A DNA stretch of 63,561 bases, filler included, from Octopus bimaculoides (lineage: Eukaryota), in the NCBI RefSeq assembly GCF_001194135.2. It is 6 parts of 6 records of this genome, joined end to end, with 100 filler letters (N's around TTAATTAATTAA, not from the genome) between each part and the next. Parts side by side here need not be neighbours in the genome. Positions count along the whole stretch, not along the records: positions 1 to 15,266 come from NC_068991.1; 5 more parts are not named here. One strand, written 5' to 3'. The position numbers were made by a program, and so were the translations under genes. The notes beneath the pieces were generated by a model that did no database searches, was not told the DNA's origin, and was given only the letters and a program-made list of their open reading frames with translations. Every line of letters starts with the position of its first letter. The first letter of the stretch is position 1. Below, in pieces: positions 1 to 13,557 of this stretch.

Positions 1-34
<34 letters not shown>

Positions 35-3000
35 TGTATGTATGTATATGATGGGCTTCCTCATAGCTTCTGACTACCAAATTTACTCAGAAGGCATTGG
101 TCAACCCAGGGTTATAGTGAAAGACACTTAGCCAAGGTGTTGTGTGCAGTGGGGCTGGACCTGAAACCAAGTGGTTGCAATGTGAACTTCTTAACCACAC
201 AGCCATACCTGCATCCACTGAATAGTTTGATTGTTGATGGTGGCAGGAGATGTTGATTTGATGACAGCGAATATGATACTGCATGGCACTGTTACTATGG
301 CACAAGAAATGGAGGTGGTGGTGGTAGTGATGGTATAACAGGAGAAAGTGATGTGGCAGGGGAAGAGACAGCATTCCATAGAGAACAATGCTTCATTTCA
401 ACAGCAGGTACATGTATACTACATTATATAAATGCATGTGTATATACTCACTTTTTCCCAGATGAAGCTTCATATGTTGACCTAAAGATGTGACAAGACT
501 GTTTAGGTATCGATGTGCATTAGATTGTAGATTAAAGACAAACACAGAAAATACAAAATAACAATAACATGAGAGAGAGAGAGAGATAATAGAGTCTAAA
601 GACCAGTAGAGGCCAGATAGCAAACTGGGTGGTGCATGCCCAACCTCACACTCTCAAATACATACTATAACTATTATCTTCATCATTGTTACCACCATTA
701 TCATAGTCATTATCATCATCTCATTATAAAAGTAATACAAAGTAAGGGTTGAGGTTTGAATGTTTTGTGACGCATCAGACAAGATATCCTGCAATTTTAG
801 TAACATCTCTTTAAGCTCTGAGTTCAAATTCCAACAAGGTTGATTTTGCCTATAATCATTCTGGTATCAATAAAATAAGTAGTCAAGTTAAATTTACCAC
901 ATTTCCTTCATCATAGTCATGCTGTGTTGTCACAGTTTATTTACCCACCCATGGTAAATAAAATAAAGGACCAGTCCAGCAACGGGGTCAATGGTGTTAG
1001 CTATTCCTTCTCCTTAAACTGCTGTCCTTGTATTTAAATCCAACACATTTACTGGTTTCAGATTTTGGAACAAGGCCAGCAATTTCAAGGGACATGGGTA
1101 AACTGATTTAGTTCGACCCCAGTACTCAACTGGTATTTATTTTATAGATCTTGAAGGGATGAAAGGCAAAGTTGACCTTGACAGAAATTGAACTCAGAAT
1201 GCAAAAACAGACAAAATGCCACTAAGCATTTTGCCCAGCACAATAACAACAAGCCAGGTTGCTGCCTTAATTAGAACATGTATTAACATGATTTAACATA
1301 CATTTTTCACTGTTGACATAGGCTGGATTTGTTTTCAACACAAAAATGCCCCTTATTATGTCAATCATGAATCATCTATTTCATTAGACTCAACATTTTC
1401 AGATCAGACATCAACATTTCTTTCCAATGCTACCCTGGATCTACCTCTCCACATTCAACCCTTTATGTTCTACTCACAACATATGTTATTATAATCTAAT
1501 AATTTCCAACAAGATTAAACTATGCTATCCTCATTCAGTTATTTCTATATCTAAGCCCAGAGATAATCCCCCAATCAATTATGTCACAGGCTCACAACTG
1601 AAGGCTTAGTTTTCAGGCAGTGTATCTTGTATAAAATCACCTTAGAAGAGCCCCTCTCTCCTATACAGAACTAATGAAAAGTAATAATAAATATTGATCC
1701 TTAAACATTTCTTGGAGTATAGCTAAATACAGTGAATGTAGATGGATCTTCTTAAGGTTAAAGGGATAACTCAGCAACTGATGTATGCTAACTAAATCTT
1801 ATATACACAATAATCTGTTTCCAAATCATCTGAGAATATAAACTGCAAAATAAACAGTATCTTAACCAGAAAACATTTGCTTCTTGATTTATCAGCATGA
1901 AAGCCTGGAGTTAAAGAGCAGTTTTTTTCAGAATCCCTTACAGTAAGATATATGAAAAGGTGTCACACTATTAATCAAATTTTACTGTCATTTTTGTTTC
2001 TCTTAGGCATGACTGTCGCTAAGGAGGTGCACTGGATGGCACTGTCTCCTCCTCCTCCTCAGCATCATCGTTTAACGTCCGCTTTCCATGCTAGCATGGG
2101 TTGGACAATTTCACTGAGGACTGGTGAACCAGATGGCTACACCAGGCTTTCCTCATTATTCAATAATATACCTTCAGATTTACAGTGATACACTTATTTT
2201 GAAACTCCACTTAAGCATTATTACAAATTAGGGGCCACTTAAAATATTCTGAAGCACCCCCAGTTACCAAAGTCTGGTGATGGGCCTGCTTGTTTTATTT
2301 GATGGCTTTATTTGATGGCCTGCTTGTTTTATTTGACGGTTGTTTCCTATTTCTGAATTACAGTTTTTATTTTTTTAATGGGAGGAGGTTTCAGTATAAG
2401 TCTTTCCAGGTTATGCTCAGATTGAGGTCTCTTTCAAGCATACTTTTAACACACTTTTGAAACTATGTTAAGCCTTGCTGCTATGCTAGCTCCACTAGAT
2501 AAGTATCTAGTGAGAAAGCTCTTCGCCAACTCTTATGATATCATTTTCATTCATGCATGCAGACTTTTACTTACTTCTGCTTACACTGACATTCACCATG
2601 TAGGAAAATCTACCTCTTTCAGATCAATCAACCCATATTTAAAAAAAAAACACAGAAAGAAATATTACATTCCACTGCCACATACTGGTGTCCAGGTCAC
2701 ATTTGATTTAAAGCTAATTCACATTCTGTCGCCAAAAAGTTAGTTATCAATGCAAGATCTGACTTGATCAAATGTAATTATTAAATGAAATAAATATCTA
2801 AGATAGTATGTTGTTCCAATCGAGAAAATATTTTTCTAGACCATTAAATTTGATATTTAGAGTGTATCTTTTTACTGGTTTCAGTCATGAGACTGCAGCC
2901 ATGCTGGGGCACCACCTTGAAACTTTAGTTGAATGAATTGACCCCAGTACTTTTTGCTTTTTAAAGCCTGGTACTTATTCTACTGGTCTCTTTCACTAAA

Positions 3001-3750
3001 CCACTAAGTTACAGGGATGTAAACACACTAATACTGGTTATCAAATGGTAGTGGGGGACAAGCACAGACACAAAAACACACACAAGAATATATATCTGAT
3101 AGGTTTCTTTCATTTTCTGTCAACCAAATCCACTCACAAGGCTTTGGTTGGCCCAAGGCTATAGTAGAAGATGCTAGCCCAGAGTGCCAGAGTGCCACAC
3201 AGTTGGACAGAACCTAAAACCATGTGGTAGAGAAGAAAGCTTCTTTTCACACAACTATGGCTGCACCTATGTATATCCACAATATTTATATCTACATCAG
3301 GTATCTTATTCCTGAACATGGTCTTAAAGCAGAACTAAACTAGAAAACTTTTATTTTTAAACAAAAAAATAATAATACACAAAGTCACAGGAGCCTGTCC
3401 AAGAGATCAAACCAATTAGAGATTAAAGAAAGTGGAGATCAAGTTGATTAGGAATTGAACTAAGTGAAACATAAGGCAGATATGAATATTATAAATGTAC
3501 AATCTAAACATGATTAAAACTGTAGCCATGTGTTCAGCTTCCCATCATGGCAGAGGTGCCAACTAAAATTATGTGGTTTAATTAAGAACAGCTAACTTGA
3601 TGGAAGGATCTACTGCAAACCCAAACACAAATGCTATTAAAACAGTCACCATACAGCAAGCATCTGGGTACTGTCTTGATGAACGATAAGTTTCTTCTTG
3701 TTTTTGTTTAAAGTAGAGTCAGTTCACATTGATACTAAAGGCAGTAATTT

Positions 3751-4056
3751 CTATAAGATTCTATAAAAATCTATAAGAATCTATAAGATTCTATAAGATT
3801 CTATAAGAATCTATAAGATTCTATAAAAATCTATAAGATTCTATAAGATTCTATAAGATTCTATAAGAATCTATAAGATTCTATAAGAATCTATAAGATT
3901 CTATAAGAATCTATAAGATTCTATAAGAATCTATAAGAATCTATAAGATTCTATAAGAATCTATAAGATTCTATAAAAATCTATAAGATTCTATAAGAAT
4001 CTATAAGATTCTATAAGAATCTATAAGATTCTATAAGAATCTATAAGATTCTATAA
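3751..4056. repeat. 10-bp minisatellite CTATAAGA(T/A)T, about 30 copies
   Basis: Exact 10-bp register with variants CTATAAGATT, CTATAAGAAT and CTATAAAAAT. Confidence 0.95.
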
Positions 4057-6094
4057 CTCTGGTGCTTCAAGAGATTTGAAACAACTAGGCACTATGAATA
4101 GACCATCTCCAAATTATTTGGTTTCTTCAAGTACCCAACATATAGATTTTTTTGTTGTATGTTTATGGTAAGTATACCTCAAAATTCATATGACCAGAGG
4201 AAAGATAAATTTTTTGTATTAATATTTCTCATGCAATTACATATATTCTAATATATGCATGCTAGATAAAAAATTGTCAGGTGTTAATGCTAGAAGTAAA
4301 ACAAAAGACTTGGGAGGAATTGCTAAATCCAGATCTGAGCTCAGTATAGACCTCGCATAGAATCCAGACAAATACAACAAAATGTTTTGGGCTCCTCCAA
4401 CAAATATTAGCTTGGATAAAAACAGATGTCATAACACTGAAGAAAATTATAATAATGATGATGATGATGATAAAGTTGCAGTATTTCTATGAGCTCATTA
4501 CAGTCCGAGTTTAAATTCCAACAAGGTCAAGTACTGGGGTTTGATGGTATCAACATAATCCTTCCCCTCAAAATTGGTAAAGGAAGATACCGGGAGATCT
4601 TTACTCAAGTAATATGTTTGCTCACACTCAACAAGGAGGAATTAACTTTAAATTGATTGTATTTCTAAAATCATTGGTTTAATTAGACCTACCTTACATA
4701 TTTGAACACACACACACACATCCATACCCTCCTACATTGCAGTCTGTTTTGTTTTAGTTGCTTATTGGCTCCAGATCAGTTTGAATTGAGCAGACCTATG
4801 ATCAACATCATTCCAACCATGGCCATCACGTTTTGTATATCGGGGACCACATTAACCAATATATCTTTCATTACTGAAGATGGAAAAAAACAGAGGTGTC
4901 CTTAGGAAAAGTCTTGAGTTCGTCCACAACAAGGGCCTCACCAACAAGCAGAAGCACTCAAGAGATCATGACCTTTACGATAATAATCTAACCCTTACAG
5001 CTCAATAATTGTACGATACATAAGACTTGTTAACATCCCTTGAAAATGTTGCAGTCAAAAGCAGTCTGTTTTCTCAATGCAAATTTTGCTGCTTGAAACA
5101 CCACGGTGTTTCAGACTTAAAATGTGTCTCCTCAGTCAAAGTCACCCCACACAAACTGGTGAATCTATCAAGAGTAGAGGCCCTTGTTTATAGAAATCAG
5201 CAAACAAAATATTTGTTGATGTATGTTGAAGTCTGTCAAGCAGATCATAATTCACGAGGTGCCTGTAGAACAGTGAGAATCCAAACAATAATGAATTGAT
5301 TCAATCTCAATATATTCTGACATATTCAAGTGGGAATATGCTGATCATTGTTGAGTTTCGTTGTTGGAGGACATCTCCTCCTTTTAGACGATGTGTGTTC
5401 ATAACACACGTGATTTACTGGTTTGTTATGAACATGTCATCCAATGACAAAATACAACAGCAATCAGAACATACACATTCCAATCTGCCAGAACATACTC
5501 AGATTTAAAAGATACATTTAAGTAACAAATTATTTACTTATAATTACACTTTTTTAATATTTACAAAAGGAAAGAAAACTTATAATTTACCATTTACACC
5601 ATGGTAAATCCAGCAATGGAAAAAAATCTGTGACATCTACTTTTCTTTGTACACTAAGTTGTAGCTTTTATTATTTAATGGTTAATGAGGCCTGAATAAA
5701 TGTTACAAAGTATGAATGACTGAACAAAATTGGTTTAAAAACAAAAACCTTCAAGTCATACTATTTAACATGACAGCCAAGAATGAAGAGCATTTCCACA
5801 TATGTTTATGCCATAATGTAAATATATATACAGTGTGTGTGTGCTAGTACTTTCAATATGTTGAAATACCAGTTATTTATATTAGTTGTTTCAGGGTTTT
5901 ATTTCATTAGTATTTCACAAAAAAATGAACGGCAAAAATTATCAATGAATTTTGCAACTTTGATTCCACTAATGCTACATAAATTTACACACATTATATA
6001 CAAGTGTTCACATGAACATACACATTTCATGACTGTTGATTTACCTATCCACACTTGGAAAGGTCTTTAACCCTTCAGATTACTTTGTCAAATA

Positions 6095-7022
6095 TATGAA
6101 GGTGGTATCAAAAAGTTTCCAGACTAGTTCTGTAGCATGCCAACAGATGGCAGTACATGGTTGCGTGTGCAGCAAGAATTAACAGTGACCTTCACGAGGA
6201 AGTAGAGTGCTGAGAGACATCACTTTATGTACTTTGCAAATTGTGAAATTTGTGTTTTTGTGATCATGTGTATGTTGTAGTCTGCAATTTTTGTCATGGA
6301 CAGGAAGTTGGAACAAAGAGCCAACATGAAATTTTGCATAAAACTTGGGAAGTCTGCTACAGAGACATTGAGCATGCTTCCGCAAGCTTATAGTGATGAG
6401 GCAATGGGTCATATGCAATATTTCAAGTGGCAAGGTCGCTTCAAAAGCAGAAGAACATCCCTGGAAGACGATGAGCAATATGGAAGACCTGCCACAAGCG
6501 TCACCCTTGGAAATGTGGAGAAAATTCATCAGCTTTATGCATGAAGATCATTGGAGGACAGTCAACGACATTGTTGATGTTGTTGGTCTGTCATATAGGT
6601 CCATGCAGGCAATCTGAACGTCCGCAAAGATTTGGATTCTTCACAATGACAATACACCCCGTCACCAAACCTGCCTCACTTGTGAGTTTCTTGCCAAAAA
6701 CAACATCGTATTGCTCCCACACCCACCCCATTTGCCAGATTTAGCACCTGTGGACTTCCATCTCTTCCCCAAAATGAAAATGCAGGAGAAAGGTCGCCAT
6801 TTTAACACTGTTCTCAAGATCAAGAGTGAATTGCAGAAGGTCCTTGACTCGTTTACATAAAACGACCTCCAGGTCAGGTTCCAAAAGTGGCAAGAATGCT
6901 AGGACTGGTGTATTACTGTGCAAGGTGACTATTTCGAAGGATATGATGTTAAAACTTAGGTAAATAAGTTATTTTTCTATTAAACATAACTAGTCCAGGA
7001 ACATTTTTGATATCACCTTGTA
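6095..7022 (+). mobile_element. Internally deleted mariner element with both TIRs and TA flanks
   Basis: TIRs GAAGGTGGTATCAAAAAGTTTCCAGACTAGTT and AACTAGTCCAGGAACATTTTTGATATCACCTTG, TA at both ends. N-terminal MDRKLEQRANMKFCIKLGKSATET...EDDEQYGRP is joined directly to HNDNTP..SPDLAP-like..QGDYFEG. The first catalytic Asp region is missing. Confidence 0.9.
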
Positions 7023-7029
7023 ATTCATA

Positions 7030-7370
7030 GCTATATGGTTAAGAAGTTTGCTTCTCAACCACATGGTTTGGGTTCAGTCCCACTGCATGGCACCTTGTGC
7101 AAGTGTCTTCTACTATAACCAATCAAAGCAATATGAGTGGGCTTAGTATTAAAAAACTGTAAAAAGCCTATTGTATGTGAGTGTGTGAAATTTTGTTTCC
7201 TAATCTTGACATCACGTGATTGTTGTAAATAAAGGTTATTCATTGCCGATATTCTATGAAAACATGTCAGGCTATGGAGAAATATTACCTTGCTTGGAAA
7301 TAACAAAGGTTGGTGGCAGGAAGGACATTCAGTTGTAGGCAATCCACCTTGACAAACTCCATCCACTCAT
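7030..7370 (+). mobile_element. Family-B SINE
   Basis: GCTATATGGTTAAGAAGTTTGCTTCTCAACCACATGG...GGCACCTTGTGCAAGTGTCTT. Confidence 0.75.
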
Positions 7371-8435
7371 ATGGTATGACTCGATTTCCATACCACTACC
7401 ACTAAAGCAGAGTGTGCTATATTAAGACACAGGTGCATTATGTGTTTGCATTGGCAACATAATGGTTCATGCATAGATGTGCACACATTCTGAAGCCATT
7501 ACATACAAAATAAAGATAAAGACAAAGGTAAACAAAGAGAAATTGGTAAGCTTGTAACTTGGTATTTGCAGGGACAGGTTTAAAGTCAACATATATATAT
7601 ATTTTCTATTGAATTAAACATCTAATTAAGTTTCATAAGTTAAAACTGGAATCAACTGAGAAACCAAGGTGGTAAACTTCAATAAAAAGAACAAGAAGGA
7701 GTGGACTCTTTAATAATAGTCAGGCGGCCATTGCATACATCACATTAAGCACACTGTCTCATGTCCCTTAACAATATTCACCACAATATGCAGCTTATAA
7801 AAGAGGCTCCTAGACATGGTGAATCATGATGTAGTGAAATGGATATAAGTTTCTTTCTCTTTTCTATTTTCCTACTTTTTTTTTTGTGATATACACTGTA
7901 GCAAAGCCTGGGGAAATTTTATCTCTCATCTATGTAGCACTACAAAGATATAGAAGTACATACCACACTTTTAGAGGTCATTGCATTTAATGTTAATGGA
8001 GTGTAGAAAATGCATTTCGGTACAATTCTCACAGAAAACACCTCATGCTCCTTGTGTACCATTGCTAGAGAAAAGAAGCAATGCCAGGGTGTGTGAAAGG
8101 CGTTAATATGTTGCCGACTTGCATAGTAGCAAAAGAATGGTGATATCTCTCTGACAAGCTAAATACCAAGGAAACATGCAGAGATGGCTATCACCTTCTC
8201 ACCATGTTGTAGTGGGAAGGAGGAATAAATACAGGAAAGGAAAATGAAAGAGATAAGCCAGAGAGAGTGGAGTGAGAAGAGAATGAGAAAGAAGTAAGAA
8301 GAGAAAAAGAGAGACGTGGGGAGGGAGGGAGAAATTGAGAACAAAAATGACAAAAGAGTGTAGAGAGGAAACTGACAAAGAAAGTAAATAAATTTAACTT
8401 TGAAGACAAGAATTTAAAATATTTTAGAGTGATCA

Positions 8436-8474
<39 letters not shown>

Positions 8475-8829
8475 ACAAAACCGCCATAAACTATAAACTC
8501 CTTGAACAAATTTAACTCTTATCAGAACTAGAACCTCAATGAAGGACAACTCTGAAACAATGAGTACACAAAATACCAAAGGTTCATGGTCAACAACACA
8601 AATAAACAAGCACATTATATATGTATACATCCCATCGTCAGTTATCAAATGACTTGGTTTTAAATTTTATATGACAAATGTAGCATGGAATTTGGTTCGT
8701 CAGCAGAGGTCCATCGTTATCTATTCATCCAAAATAGATTTTCAACTCAGCAATAGATGTACATAACTTTGAATATAAAAAGCAGCAGTGCTCAGGTATG
8801 TATGAATATATGCCTACAATATCAACTGT

Positions 8830-9275
8830 TATCATCCTCATCATTATCCCCTTTCCCATGCTTGCATAGGTTAGACAGAATTTGTAGAGGTAGATTTTTC
8901 CACAGCTAGATGCCTTTCCTGTCACCAACTCTCACCTACTTCCAAGCAAGGTAATATTTTCCCATGGTCAAACATGTCTTTCACGGAAGGCTGAAAACAA
9001 ACCACATCATCACTTGTATGATGGTGAGGCTTGTTTTACTACCATTATATGATGTCAAGACAAAGGGGAAACACACACATGCATACACGTGCACAAACAT
9101 GCACACATGCATGCGCGCACACACACAACTGGCTTCTTTCAGTTTCCCTCTACCAAATCCACTCACAAGCCTGGGGCTATAGTAGCAGAAACTTATCCAA
9201 GGTGCCACACAGTTGGCTTGAACCTGAAACCTCATGATTGGGAAGCAAGCTTCTTAACCACATAGCCATGCTTGC
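8830..9275 (-). mobile_element. Family-B SINE with alternative tail ending in (GAT)n
   Basis: Head at about 9275-9130 is the reverse complement of GCATGGCTATGTGGTTAAGAAGCTTGCTTCCC. The tail matches 7200-7370 and 9700-9870. Confidence 0.75.
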
Positions 9276-10117
9276 TCCTTGTATGCATATAAAACAACTT
9301 AGTGCTGATCTGACATATGTAACCTTAAGTGAATGAGAAAACAGGCCTTGAAAGTGTAATATGACTAGCCCGTGCAGGTGAGATTACCTCTGGCCCCTCA
9401 GCTGTACTGAACTTCAAAAACCTGCAGTTTTCAGATATTATGTTTCACTAATTGATGGGTAATTTGTTTTCCTCAATCTACAATTTGCTCTTCTGGATTA
9501 GGCTCTGCCATTTGGTACAAGACACTCCTAATTAACAGCTCTCATGTTCAAGGTAGGGGTATGTGTGTGTGTATGTACACGTGAGTTTGAGGGTGTGTGT
9601 GTGTGTGTGTGTATTTGTGTCTCCTTGTCTTCACGTTACAATCACAGCTGCAAATCAGTGTCACTATCAAACAAACAATGCTATTCATTTCCAATATTTT
9701 TCAAAAATATATCTGTCTAAGAGGAGATATTACCTTGGTTGGAAATAGGTGAGGGTTGGTGACAGAAAGGGTATCCAGTCACCTAGCTGCAGAAAAATCT
9801 TCAAAAAATTAATTTTGCCCAAGCCATGCAATAATAGAAAATGGTTGTTAAAGGAATGATGATGATGATACACAGAAACACGTGCACGCAAATAACTATA
9901 TATGTATATATATAAATATATATATACCATCATACAACATTCATACACAAACAAGAAAATTCAGACAACAATGTAAACAGAAACAGTTTTAATAGAAAGA
10001 GGATCAAAAAAGAATGAATAGTAAAAACAAAAGATAAAATGGAAGGAAAAAAAAACTGCANNNNNNNNNNAAAACAAAAAAAAAACAAAAAAAAAACAAA
10101 GCAACAACTAAACTTAC

Positions 10118-10230
10118 CTGTCTGCAATTGCTCGTTGGGACAAGTCCTGTAGTTCGCAGCTGTCGAATAACTGAGTGTTAGTTAGACCGAAAGTGTTTCG
10201 ACATGCCTCAAGGAACACATTGACATTGTC
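10118..10230 (-). CDS. LMO7: Internal coding exon of an LMO7/LIMCH1-like gene (C-terminal half of calponin-homology domain)
   Basis: Acceptor ttttctatcttttAG (10231-10232) and donor GTAAGT (10117-10112). The 113-bp exon reads DNVNVFLEACRNTFGLTNTQLFDSCELQDLSQRAIAD(R/S), matching the LMO7 CH segment as I recall it (DNINVFLKAC..GL...QLF..GDLQDLSNR). Orthology versus LIMCH1 is not resolved and flanking exons were not found. Confidence 0.8.
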
Positions 10231-10449
10231 CTAAAAGATAGAAAAACAAAAAAAAGTCAAGAAATGGAACCAAAAAAAAAGTATATATATAGATTTGGTA
10301 ATGAGAGAAAAGGGTTCAATGATATAAGAAAATTATAGTTAAGAGTAAAAATACTTTTTGATAGGACAATATCAAGTGACCATAATACTGTGCAGAAGGG
10401 AGTTGAAAAAGCTATGGAATTACACCAACCTAGCTGTTGAATAAAAAGC

Positions 10450-10785
10450 ATTTTGTTTTTTTATCTTTCAGTCAGGAGGAAAAGCAATGTCCATGATAAA
10501 TTGTGGGTCTATAGCTATGACCCCAAAACCAAGGCTTGAAAGGAATCCCACTTGAAAGGAACAATATTTCAATAAATTGAGGAAATCCAAGAGAATGCGA
10601 TAAGGCAGTTGCTCACTATCCCAATAAAGGAATTCCAGAAATGCTTCCATCAATAGAAACAATACTGGATAATGTGTGAGGATTCAGAAGGGGACTACTT
10701 TATAGGAGATTAAATGCTAAATTGATGCGTTGTAATTTTTTTTTATAACACCAGTACTGATACTTTTTATCAGACCACATATATG
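10450..10785 (+). pseudogene. Mariner transposase remnant with 3' TIR
   Basis: WVYSYDPKTK-like stretch fused to EIQENA.RQLLTIP..EFQKCF...SEGDYF, then CCAGTACTGATACTTTTTATCAGACCACATATA (TIR plus TA). Confidence 0.7.
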
Positions 10786-11629
10786 GCATATATTTAAATA
10801 TCAAGTGTTTTAATACATAATAAATGAAACGTGATTTAAAAACTGAGGGGGCAGTGTTTGAAACCAAGCAGCTACAAAAAAAAACCATAGGATTTTAAAG
10901 TAAATCATTTTGAAAAAAAGAATATTTTAAAGCAGTAGTTTGTGTGTTTTCAGATATTATTAACAACAGATTGTTTCTATAACAAATTCAAACTTTTCAA
11001 ATGATTTACCAGACTTTCAACAAGAAAGAATTAAATAAAAGATAATCTCAGTGATTAACTATCTCAGTTGTCAAACATGTTTCCACCAACACCAATGTAT
11101 TCTTATCATTATTGGCTGTGCAACAGCTTTCCACAATATATGCTTTTTCATGCAAAACTAAATGACAGTTGCACAACTAGACAGTTTAGCTGCGTAGCAA
11201 GCATGCAAGTAATCAGAAAATATTTGTCTAGATTGAAATCTGAGTGTTCAGCTTTCTTTCTTCTTTTTCATATTGACTGGTAGTTATTTAAACTATTCAG
11301 GACAATAGTGAAGGGCGTGTTTCAATCAGTGAGCAATTAAAAGTAACTATATAGACGATTTCTGATAATAAATTAGAAACCTTTCACTTCAGTTAAGTAA
11401 CTGCAGTTAATAAATAAGTTACCATTAAGAGACCAAATGCAAGGACCAGATTAACATTAAGTAATGGACCAACAGCAAGCGATAGACAAGCTGCTAGCAA
11501 CAGACTAGTTGCAAGCAACAAATGAGCAGTGAGCAATATACAAACAGCAAGTGAAAGACTAGTTGTAAGTAATGAACAAATTGCAAGCAAAAGAACCAGC
11601 AGCAAGCAACAGTTTGGCTGCTCACAAAA

Positions 11630-11862
11630 GACAAGTAGCAAGCAACAGATCAGTAGCCAGCAACAGGTCAGTAGCAAGCAACAGGTCAGTAGCAAGCAAC
11701 AGGTCAGTAGCCAGCAACAGGTCAGTAGCCAGCAACAGGTCAGTAGCCAGCAACAGGTCAGTAGCCAGCAACNNNNNNNNNNAGTAGCCAGCAACAGGTC
11801 AGTAGCCAGCAACAGGTCAGTAGCCAGCAACAGGTCAGTAGCCAGCAACAGGTCAGTAGCAA
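11630..11862. repeat. 18-bp minisatellite CAGTAG(CC/C)AGCAACAGGT-type, with internal gap
   Basis: Units GTAGCCAGCAACAGGTCA and GTAGCAAGCAACAGGTCA. A 10-N gap at 11773-11782 leaves copy number unresolved. Degenerate units extend to about 11440 and 11990. Confidence 0.95.
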
Positions 11863-12719
11863 ACCATACAGAAACTGAAAGTAACATGTGGAATTTTAAC
11901 AACAGCTAAACTTTATTGATGACAATAAACCAGTTGCTAGCAAGAAACTCAATGTTAGCAATGGACCAGCTGGAAAAGAGAAGTAACTCAAGGATAGGGG
12001 TTAGTCCTAAACTGATGATAAATTAATTCAGCAGACTTCAACTCTACAGACTTGTCCTTGCTACATATTCCTAATATGCAGTGTGTATTGATCTTCAAAT
12101 TATTTCTATTGTGGATCCACAATAATGTCACCCAATATCACATTTTGGTAATTCTGATCCTTTATACTGTCGTATTTAATGCTGCAGGCTTCACAATGTG
12201 ACATAAAATACAACAGAAGCCTTTTGTTTCATATAAGGATTGCCAGTTTAGCATGCTGGAAAATTTTTAAAAATTATTTTGATGTATGCAACATTCTTAG
12301 AGAGAAAGTCCAGTCAAGTGAACCTTAATTCAATGACGATGAATTTTTCAGGGTTCCTTCAATTTGTTACAACTTATGAAATTCTCTTACTCATGTGGCT
12401 AATTATGGAAATTTTTATAAACAAAATGAAGAAAAAAAAACTCTTTTTCAATCACAAGAAGTCAACCTAGTTATAAAAGAGTCATTTTCCTTTACAGTCT
12501 GTATCCCCCAAATTATGCACTGATAAAATTTATGACACCATGTGTGACTCTAAGAGTGTTTAAAAGTTAAACTGCCATCATTGCATGAGTGATAATTATT
12601 TTATCAATCTCTGAGAAATGAAAAGCAAAAACCAGATCTGACAGGATTTGAACTCATTCTAGTTTGACAACTATAACAAAAGACTAAAACATCAAATATA
12701 TGATGACGATGACGATGAC

Positions 12720-12768
<49 letters not shown>

Positions 12769-13021
12769 GACAGAGATGATCATCTTTTGAAATGTCTCAG
12801 CATTAGGCATGGAAATTTTAAGTATATTAAGAGACTTTTGACTGTTTGACATTTAAACAGGTCTGACCTCCTGGAAGTCCAACTTCCAAAAAGATATTCA
12901 AAGGTTAACCAGCTTTAATTATTTTTTAAATGCCTAAAGAAGCTAACTAAAGTGATTAACTTAAAGTAACCTACATCCTTTCAGACAGGAATGATAATTA
13001 TTATTTGATATTTTCAACGTT

Positions 13022-13265
13022 GTTATTATTATTATTATTATTTCCATCTTACTTCTCAGACCTCTTGATTTCTGTAAAAGCAGACAACAGCCTGTTGTCA
13101 AGGACTTTACAGGGCTTCTATCCACAATATTTAACACCCAAAATTCTCACTGTACCTAATAAAGTGGTTTTCTAAGCATGTCCTACCCTGATGTCAATCC
13201 CAGTTTCTCCAACAAATTTATCAAATCTGGTTGTTAATGCTTTTAGTGTTTCTACAACTATTATT
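13022..13265 (-). mobile_element. 5'-truncated R4/Dong-like 3' end with (TAA)n tail
   Basis: IVVETLKALTTRFDKFVGETGIDIRVGHA*KTTLLGTVRIL resembles the C-terminal ..QKTALLGTARIL motif. It is followed by a short 3' UTR and (TAA)n. Confidence 0.65.
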
Positions 13266-13557
13266 TCCTTTCCTTTTTTTTCTTTTTCCTTGTTACCAGT
13301 CACGAAAGTGAAAACTGATGATGTCATTTTATCTAAAAAGTAACGCAGGATTTCCTTATTCATATTTTGAATTTCTGTGGCTTTTTCATTTTACATTTTG
13401 AACCTGAAGAAGACAGATAATCTGTTGAAATATTGTTCAATTCATTATTAAATAAACAATCTCTATTACAAATTGCATCACACTCTTCTTATTGTCTATT
13501 TACCTTCATGAACAGTTACTTCAATCTTAATAAATTATTATTATTATTATTATCATT

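Noticed and set aside
4700-5500. Cluster of short ORFs suggesting a decayed coding element
   Set aside because: No recognisable motif in the frames examined; left unassigned.
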